DNA of 64,000 nucleotides from an uncultured Porphyromonadaceae bacterium (GTDB lineage Bacteria; Bacteroidota; Bacteroidia; Bacteroidales; Muribaculaceae): NCBI GenBank assembly GCA_946553045.1, contig CAMNRO010000009.1, positions 3,145 to 67,144 of the forward strand, read 5' to 3'. Shown piece by piece: positions 58,501 to 64,000 of this stretch (position 1 is its first letter; each line of letters starts with the position of its first letter). The notes under the pieces were generated by a model. It saw only the letters and a program-made list of their open reading frames with translations, ran no database searches and was not told where the DNA came from. The position numbers and the translations under genes were made by a program.

Positions 58501-60069
58501 GCCTTAGACAAAAACGAGATTGACGTTTATATAAGTGCCGACAAAACTAAAAAGCTTGTAAGGACTGTCAGAAACTGCGAGCTTCCTCTCCCTGCACAAT
58601 GGAATCGTGTAAGCATCCCTCTTGACGAATACGTGGGAAAAGACATCGAGCTTACTTTCGTCGGTCGTCTTAATAATTTCAAAAACATTGCAATAGACAA
58701 TATACGAATAGACCGGTTATGTCAGCACAACCTTGCCGTAGAAAGCATTGATGCTCCGAACGAAGTCAATCCTTACAGCCCGTTTGGCATAACAGTCACA
58801 GTTGCCAATACAGGTGAAAATGACATATCTGACTATAAAGTAGAGCTTAGCCTTAATGGACATAAAATTGATGAAAAAACATACTCAGCCCTGGGCACAG
58901 GTAAGAAAAACAAAATAGTATTCAGACATTCTTTCGATATTATTTCAGACGAACACAATACATTCTCCGCAACCGTTATATATGATAACGATGAGAATAA
59001 AGACGACAATTCCAAAACAGCCGAAGTATCTCTCATATTGCCAAACTATCCTACTGTGAGGAATCTGACAGGACAATGGTCCGAAAACGGAATACAACTG
59101 AATTGGACTGAACCTGACCTTTCTTTAATTATTGAAGATAAAAGAATGGAAGACTTCGAAAAAGCCGGTTCTTTCGCTCATGAGCTGACTGACTGGACTT
59201 TAATCGATTGCGACAATACACCGATAGGTGGCTTCAACGGTTTGACTTTGCCTGGTTTGACAACCGGAGAGACCAAATCTTCATTCTTCATATTTGATGA
59301 TACTGACTATAATGACAGCTTCAAAGCCTATTCGGGCCACAAATATCTTGCTGTTCTATACCCGGCCAACAACATACAGGCTGATGACTGGGCCATATCT
59401 CCAACTCTCTCAGGCCAGACTCAGACCATTTCTTTCAAAGCGCGTAGCTATCATGCGTCATACCCGGAAAGTTTCGAAATACTGTATTCTACAGGAAGCC
59501 TTGATCCTAACGATTTCATATCTATTGAAAAAGTTGACAACGTACCTAATGCATGGACTGGTTATTCCGTGGAACTACCGGAAGGAGCCTTGCATTTTGC
59601 AATACGATATAATGCTGCGGAATTGTTCATGTTAATGATTGATGACATCAGCTTCATAGCCGGAACAAAGGCAGACAATCTGAATCTTTTGGGTTACAAC
59701 GTATATCGTAATGGAGATAAACTTAATACCCAGATAATAGAAACATCTTCCTTCGTTGATACTTCAGTTTCTGAAAAAGAACCGATTTATGCTGTTACTG
59801 CAATCTACGGTTGTGGCGAATCAGCTCCTGTCTATGCAACGATAGATAATAGCGGCATAATGAATCCTCTTAGCAATGAGGCAAAGATATTTACAAGAGA
59901 CAACAACATAATAATTAAAAATGCCTCTGGCTGCAAAGCCATTGTAAGCACTCCCGACGGAAAGATAGTATTTTCCGGCAGCTGTGAAACAGAAACAATT
60001 ATAACTGTAACCACTGGCATCTATATCGTCAAAGCCGGTAATCAGAGCATTAAAGTGATAATCAAATAG
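55588..60069 (+). CDS. Giant secreted multidomain adhesin-like protein with T9SS C-terminal sorting domain
   Basis: Signal peptide, and propeller-like N-terminal repeats (IYAIDIQGQFYKIDKNSGE, ALYEVDKTTGTAT). Fn3-like modules, and at least two jelly-roll modules with the DDW(L/A)I(T/S)P signature (cleaved-adhesin/choice-of-anchor-J-like). CARDB-like segment (NLAVESIDAPNEV...VTVANTGEN). Terminal IFTRDNNIIIKN...GIYIVKAGNQSIKVIIK (Por/T9SS CTD). Codon usage is A+T-rich, unlike the flanking genes. Confidence 0.8.
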   Translation: MKNSLFRFLTLLVAIGIAIGTGAFANVADKAKERQSPTAKMTGTVALSPKSRLPKLQSKSDGGTITRHRKTSGISRSFTSVLSDAVGNIDLRGSVIASNTPSSVFPRGMYKIPTSDGSDFSLIRSGVLANKGGAVVDNIYYAVTSLSMFGEIWVEIDAYNAETWEPVPYYIEPETSVIASDVTVDPVTGKVYGCFYNDAFDGGYVFGTIDYKTAIRTAIKDIPSEIGYYNAIAADTDGTIYAIDIQGQFYKIDKNSGEPHLIGNTGLKPQYAASATIDPASGRMFWTYSTDTDGALYEVDKTTGTATLLCTFPEAEEVTGLYVASPPAENKAPAPAENVEVVFEDGKLSGIIRFLIPPMLFDGSPAQGEVSYLITANGEKVAASTAECGNTVSAEISLPNSGEYEFCIILSNQTGASPAAKTSSYVGYGIPDAPEVSINYSDGEFTIEWKAPDKVSSGGIIDSKDFTYTVTRYPDGNIIANDISTTRITDIVEEPSQITVFYYTVTAKNHDTVSAPGKSQNWTLGAINPPYFQDFMSDEAMEGFTILDNNNDGQTWKRALFGGNVTIAYNEELAADDWLITPPIRLKSGAIYKLSFDVSSDARYPERLEVKMGKSPVATDMTTTLMDATIYKSSEKVTEEIYITPDSDGNFYIGFHGISDPDCLYLYIHSISISGAISPNAPEAIRDLQIVPDENGQLSSYIFFTPPSLSINGNELDKIEYVEISRNGTVIKRVDCPELGLRQKISDIVPSPGIYTYSATAHNNSGEGKKAVASTYIGINTPQKVPAFTASRTANHGEISFEWSAPVTDKDGFPINPALIRYQIVEFVGNDDVVIADNIIGTEFGYQAISPDVEQEFKQWAIFAKTDNGISGGTDSEMMAVGTPYAMPYSESAPDGNLQHILGTGSDPYVVWDTTTDSPDVASQDGDNGYMYMLGYFKDDEAPIFTGIIHIDDSNPALSFYVFRLTGEDDTALDKNEIDVYISADKTKKLVRTVRNCELPLPAQWNRVSIPLDEYVGKDIELTFVGRLNNFKNIAIDNIRIDRLCQHNLAVESIDAPNEVNPYSPFGITVTVANTGENDISDYKVELSLNGHKIDEKTYSALGTGKKNKIVFRHSFDIISDEHNTFSATVIYDNDENKDDNSKTAEVSLILPNYPTVRNLTGQWSENGIQLNWTEPDLSLIIEDKRMEDFEKAGSFAHELTDWTLIDCDNTPIGGFNGLTLPGLTTGETKSSFFIFDDTDYNDSFKAYSGHKYLAVLYPANNIQADDWAISPTLSGQTQTISFKARSYHASYPESFEILYSTGSLDPNDFISIEKVDNVPNAWTGYSVELPEGALHFAIRYNAAELFMLMIDDISFIAGTKADNLNLLGYNVYRNGDKLNTQIIETSSFVDTSVSEKEPIYAVTAIYGCGESAPVYATIDNSGIMNPLSNEAKIFTRDNNIIIKNASGCKAIVSTPDGKIVFSGSCETETIITVTTGIYIVKAGNQSIKVIIK

Positions 60070-60146
60070 AATTCAACTAAAAGAATCTATGTAGGCATAT
60101 TATAATACATTTTAATCTATTACTGTCCGCTAAACTATAAAAAGTT

Positions 60147-60180
60147 GAGTCCAACTTCTTGAATGGAAGAAGTTGGGCTT
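60147..60180 (-). terminator. Terminator hairpin inside the IS, downstream of the transposase gene
   Basis: 10-bp core stem ccaacttctt/aagaagttgg with a 6-nt loop. A T-tract follows on the minus strand. Confidence 0.6.
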
Positions 60181-60207
60181 ACTTTTTATATGAGACAAGC
60201 CCCCTCA

Positions 60208-61419
60208 TCAGTTTTCAGTATTGTCAGGCGGCGATTCAGATTCTTCAGCGAGCATTATTTTCAGGTCTGCATCGGGCTGGTTGAGGAACTTTTCGAGATT
60301 GAGGTAATACATCAGAACGATTGTAGCCAGTCCCGTGAAGCTCCAACGCCTTTGTAGGGTGCTTTGTAAGACCGAGAGCAGCAGATTTGCTATTAGTGTT
60401 ACCCATATCTGAATCTTTATGGCGTTGGCACTTTCGCCGTAGAAGTATCTCAGAGGGAAGTTTTGCTTTATCTGCTTGAAAAGCGACTCAATCTGCCACC
60501 TGCGGCGGTATATCGCCACGATTGTCTCCAGAGGCATGTCGAAGTCATTGGTCAGAAGTGATATAAGCTTAGTCTTCTTGCCTTTCTTAATATCAACGTA
60601 TGTTATTATCCTGGCAATGTGGTTGATGCCGTCTTTACGGAACACCACTACCTGCTCACGATACTCCGTAAGCCCCTGCGGACTCTGATACATGCAGTCC
60701 ACAAGAACCTCGTAACTGAGGTTTTTCTTCATTTTGGTGACATATACCACACCTCTGTCTGTCAGTTCCTCAAATTTGGTATAGTTGATATATGCGCGGT
60801 CTAGTGCCAATATGTCATTGTGGCTGTAATGACTCGGAGCAAGCATGAATGAATCGTTGGTTGCTGCCGAAGTGAACTGCACATCGCAATGAACTCCCTC
60901 GTTGGCGTATATTACAGAGTGTACCTTGATGCCGCCTTTCTTCTTTCCTGTCTTAGGATGCCGCCCAACTCCCTTGAAAATAGCATTGGAGAACAGCGTG
61001 ATGGTTGTGGAATCAATGATTCTAAGCTGTTTTATCCACTCTTCCGTGCCGTTGCGTCGGCTGTCCGAGGAAAGAATGTCTTTATTGGCGGCATACAGAT
61101 CGCGATAGACATCTTCAAAGAACTTCTCTGACCTCCTGGCGTTTGCGTCAGAAAGGGTACTGCGTCGGGGTACAGTGCCAATACCTACATGATGTAGCTT
61201 GCGTACCTCGGCTGCCATAGATGTCTCAATCTCACGCAATGAATCGAAACGCTGGATTACGGCATATAGCATCGTGAGAAGATGCGTATATCCATCGAAG
61301 CTCTTTATATACTTCTCTCCGCCGTGTTTTCGGCTGATTTCAACAATTTTTTCGCGGTCAAACGATTTTATCAGCTGACCATATATCGGCTGTCCGAAGA
61401 AATTACTACTTTTGAGCAT
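60208..61419 (-). CDS. IS4-family DDE transposase (with N-terminal DUF4372-like region)
   Basis: DDE/YREK signature: RIIDSTTI, ILALDRAYINY and YRRRWQIESLFKQIK. ATG at 61419 (MLKSSNFFGQP) preferred. Confidence 0.9.
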   Translation of the reverse strand: MLKSSNFFGQPIYGQLIKSFDREKIVEISRKHGGEKYIKSFDGYTHLLTMLYAVIQRFDSLREIETSMAAEVRKLHHVGIGTVPRRSTLSDANARRSEKFFEDVYRDLYAANKDILSSDSRRNGTEEWIKQLRIIDSTTITLFSNAIFKGVGRHPKTGKKKGGIKVHSVIYANEGVHCDVQFTSAATNDSFMLAPSHYSHNDILALDRAYINYTKFEELTDRGVVYVTKMKKNLSYEVLVDCMYQSPQGLTEYREQVVVFRKDGINHIARIITYVDIKKGKKTKLISLLTNDFDMPLETIVAIYRRRWQIESLFKQIKQNFPLRYFYGESANAIKIQIWVTLIANLLLSVLQSTLQRRWSFTGLATIVLMYYLNLEKFLNQPDADLKIMLAEESESPPDNTEN

Positions 61420-61560
61420 AGTTTTAGTTTTATGTTTTGGCGAACACAAACTAAACTAATTGGGCTGACTCCTGCAAATGGAATCAGCCCTTATTTTTCA
61501 ATAACTCAAAAAAGTTTAGCGGACAGTAATAATATATATTAGATATGCCGTAAAGATAAT

Positions 61561-62508
61561 TCATCGATTGTTATAAACAGGTTTGGCGAACCAATAGCCA
61601 TAAGCCTCGTTATCGAGCACATAGATGGCATCAGGATAGCCTCGCAAGTAAGGAGAACGGTCGAAGACCTCCTGCTCATATGCCGGACGCGTCAACTCCA
61701 ATGATATCGTATCTCCAACCTTAACTCTGTCGATCCAATCGCAGTACTCCCTTCGCTCAGCATAAGGCAAAGCCTCCATTTGTGGGTAAAGAATGGGATT
61801 TAATATATTAAACTCTATATCACTATTTAGAACAGTGACAGATATTACATTCGTATCAGCTTTTGTTATTTCATTAACTTTATATAGATTTGATTCCGGC
61901 ATGATTTCAGGTTTCCAAACCAATGTATCCAACCAATCCTCTGGTATAAAATGAACGCTGTCAAGCCAATGGTATCTATGCATTTCATTAGCAGCCTTCT
62001 TAGATATCGCTATTGCTTTACGTTTCCTTTCATCAGATAATGCAATAAGACTATCACCATGGTTGATAATCTTAAAAGCCGAGACATTACGAGGAAATGA
62101 ATCGTCGTAAATATTTCGTTTATGGAGGAAGCCTGACTCTGCTCGAATATCATACACTATATCCGGATTATTAATTATCGCAAGTTCAATATCTTTATTA
62201 TGCCATTGACTCCAGTCTTGGTATATTAGAAGTGTATCATTTGACACCCTCCATTGTCCTATTCGTTCTTTTCCATTGTTATGCAGAACATAAACTTGGA
62301 AATCATCTAAAAACATAATTTCCATATCCACTTCCACCATTTCCTCAAATGGATTCCGATTATCTGAAAAGATATAATAGTTATGATAAACATTTAAGTT
62401 ATAGCTCGCATTTTGTATTGGTGGATACAAAACAACACTAGGCTCTCTTGCTATGCAAAACATAGCAAGAACAGATAATACAAACAATATAACTGATTTT
62501 AATTTCAT
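61561..62508 (-). CDS. Hypothetical exported protein in the immunity position for the upstream Rhs toxin tip
   Basis: N-terminal hydrophobic signal/anchor MKLKSVILFVLSVLAMFCIA. ATGA overlap with the toxin gene stop. A+T-rich, with no family recognised. Confidence 0.55.
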   Translation of the reverse strand: MKLKSVILFVLSVLAMFCIAREPSVVLYPPIQNASYNLNVYHNYYIFSDNRNPFEEMVEVDMEIMFLDDFQVYVLHNNGKERIGQWRVSNDTLLIYQDWSQWHNKDIELAIINNPDIVYDIRAESGFLHKRNIYDDSFPRNVSAFKIINHGDSLIALSDERKRKAIAISKKAANEMHRYHWLDSVHFIPEDWLDTLVWKPEIMPESNLYKVNEITKADTNVISVTVLNSDIEFNILNPILYPQMEALPYAERREYCDWIDRVKVGDTISLELTRPAYEQEVFDRSPYLRGYPDAIYVLDNEAYGYWFAKPVYNNR

Positions 62509-63560
62509 TTTGGATCGGGCTTGAAAACAATGTTATTAAATCTAAACACTCTATTAACTTTTGTTGCCAAATTCTTTAATCCCAGACTCTTATTAGCCCA
62601 TGGCAGAATTATCCAATCGCTTTTACTATTCAACAAGCTATAAACACTTTTTTTTGAATCAGACAAATATGAATAATGTTCTACAATCTCTGAAATTGAA
62701 AACTTATCAGCATTAAATAAAGTTCCACGTTCGTAAGCGTCTATTTCGTCAAATAAATCGTAAAAGAGAGAGCCTCTTGGCTCCATGCCATCAATAGCTA
62801 AATCAATTTCGCCTGTCAGAAACTGATACCCATGTTTGAATTCATGTGCTATCAGTCCTAATGGACCGAATGCACCACCCGGAATCTCAAAAGTGACAGC
62901 ATCCATTTCGGAGTCATAAATAGTTCTGTCGAAATATGCAGCTTTAAACACCCCGTCCACCAGCTCATACGGCCCGATGTATTCAGTCTTGGTGGTGATA
63001 CCTCCGCTCATCTGCGTCCTCGATATGAGAGTGCCGGTTCCGTCGTATTCGAACGACAGCGAGCTCCCGTCATCGGCCTCGATAAGCACCGGTTTGTTGT
63101 GGCGGTTGTAGGAATACGCCGTCATTGTTGTTTCATCGTAAGCCACGTTACCATTGTCATCGTACTGCACTTCGCAATATCCCGAGAGGTTTCCGAATCC
63201 AGTCCGACCCTCAAACACATCGCCTTCGTATTCGATATCGTATCCTACGGCCCGGTTGCCTTCAAGAGTTACGCCCGTCGCATCGAGAATGCCATAGATC
63301 TTGCTCTTTCCGGCGCGGTCGACTACACCCTTGCGTATCAATCCGGTGATATTGGCATTGTCATCGTAACTGTACTCCGTCGAATAGTCGGCAAGGTCGT
63401 TGCCGCTAAAAGCGGCTTCTATGAGCCGACCGAAGCTGTCGTAACCATAGTCATAACGGCCTTCTCGGACCTTGCGCGACGAAATCCGACCGTTATATAG
63501 CGGAACCTTGCCCTCGCTACGAAGCAATGTATCACCAAAATTATCACTAAAGAGAGACAT
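62505..63560 (-). CDS. Orphan Rhs/YD-repeat fragment fused to a C-terminal HExxH metallopeptidase-like toxin domain
   Basis: YD repeats YDYGYDSFGRLIEA, YSYDDNANITGL, VQYDDNGNVAYD and FEYDGTGTLISR. HEFKH at 62832..62846, followed by DEIDAYERG. There is no Rhs N-terminal region. Confidence 0.75.
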   Translation of the reverse strand: MSLFSDNFGDTLLRSEGKVPLYNGRISSRKVREGRYDYGYDSFGRLIEAAFSGNDLADYSTEYSYDDNANITGLIRKGVVDRAGKSKIYGILDATGVTLEGNRAVGYDIEYEGDVFEGRTGFGNLSGYCEVQYDDNGNVAYDETTMTAYSYNRHNKPVLIEADDGSSLSFEYDGTGTLISRTQMSGGITTKTEYIGPYELVDGVFKAAYFDRTIYDSEMDAVTFEIPGGAFGPLGLIAHEFKHGYQFLTGEIDLAIDGMEPRGSLFYDLFDEIDAYERGTLFNADKFSISEIVEHYSYLSDSKKSVYSLLNSKSDWIILPWANKSLGLKNLATKVNRVFRFNNIVFKPDPK

Positions 63561-64000
63561 GACGAACTTCTACAAGATTATAAATTCTGTTATCGTCAAA
63601 ACCATATTTCACAATACCTTTATTTGGTGATAATTTATAATATTCCAAACCATCAAGTTGATAATCTAGTTTATTAAAAAACGGCTCACCATTTTTGGGG
63701 ATTATCGTTATTGTGTCCAGAATATTAGTCTTTTCATAACTCGAAGTTATAAGATACCCACCTATAGACGATGTTAATCCTATTCCTTGTTTTCTTCTCT
63801 TAGAAATATTAAACTTTCCAAGTTTTCTTTGACCATCATGATAAATAATAAATTCATATCCAACATTGGCATGTAATTCATCTGAAACATTAATGATATA
63901 AAATATGTTCCAATTTTCCCAATCAAAACCAAATCTGTTACGAGGTGTATAGAAATGTTTATCATGCACTATAAACATATCAATATTCTGACCATCAGAG
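63547..64000 (-). CDS. Hypothetical A+T-rich ORF (immunity-like, from the preceding cassette); the frame stays open to the window edge
   Basis: The track ORF starts at the ATG at 63978, but there is no in-frame stop between it and base 64000. It ends 14 nt inside the start of the Rhs fragment. Confidence 0.4.
   Translation of the reverse strand, partial: SDGQNIDMFIVHDKHFYTPRNRFGFDWENWNIFYIINVSDELHANVGYEFIIYHDGQRKLGKFNISKRRKQGIGLTSSIGGYLITSSYEKTNILDTITIIPKNGEPFFNKLDYQLDGLEYYKLSPNKGIVKYGFDDNRIYNLVEVRHVSL

Larger units (their letters stand above)
60118..61531 (-). mobile_element. IS4-family insertion sequence, apparently intact (1414 bp)
   Basis: 19-bp perfect terminal inverted repeats tattactgtccgctaaact (60118..60136 and 61513..61531, reverse complement) enclose a single DDE transposase ORF. 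Confidence 0.85.

Noticed and set aside
60100-61545. A target-site duplication for the IS4-family element.
   Set aside because: I compared about 12 nt on each side of the 19-bp IRs (cattttaatc versus atatatatta) and found no convincing direct repeat. I report this only as an absence.

Overview
This 64-kb window comes from a G+C-rich Bacteroidales (Bacteroidota) chromosome. The evidence is SusC/SusD pairs, TAnnTTTG '-7' promoter motifs upstream of many genes, a T9SS C-terminal sorting domain, and lipoprotein-rich glycan loci. All calls are by eye from the sequence and ORF track; no searches were run.

Gene order, left to right:
- A compact glycine-cleavage operon (gcvT'-gcvH-gcvPA-gcvPB-lpd).
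- A LytTR two-component pair and a small OM beta-barrel.
- A gltX-waaA-(degenerate argC-like) operon, a malic enzyme and tRNA-Leu(UAG).
- xylB-xylA, then a GH2 gene whose stop overlaps the start of an ECF sigma factor gene.
- A dispersed cell-surface-signalling cluster: a His/Pro-rich repeat protein, an OM barrel, a mini anti-sigma, an STN-TonB receptor, a DUF4249-like protein and two small lipoproteins.
- An FSR-type MFS transporter.
- A galacto(gluco)mannan utilisation locus of about 24-29 kb: GH36, cupin-AraC, SGNH/SASA esterase, GH5, SusC, SusD, two IPT-rich surface lipoproteins, two GH26, GH130, GPH symporter, cellobiose-2-epimerase-like, GH3, a membrane propeller/YYY-AraC sensor and GH31.
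- At about 55.5 kb the composition drops sharply to A+T-rich accessory DNA. This holds a 1493-aa T9SS-sorted multidomain adhesin-like protein, an apparently intact IS4-family element, and orphan Rhs (YD-repeat) toxin/immunity cassettes that run off the right edge.

I saw no rRNA, CRISPR array or prophage.

The points most worth a second look:
- The orphan Rhs tip with an HExxH motif and an exported immunity candidate.
- The low-GC T9SS giant protein.
- A set of intergenic long hairpins built from short tandem repeats (TTAGGAG or GTGAAAA type).
- The His/Pro decapeptide-repeat secreted protein embedded in the sigma/anti-sigma/TonB cluster.
- An ArgC homologue that lacks the catalytic Cys.
- A phosphorelay-less transmembrane AraC sensor.
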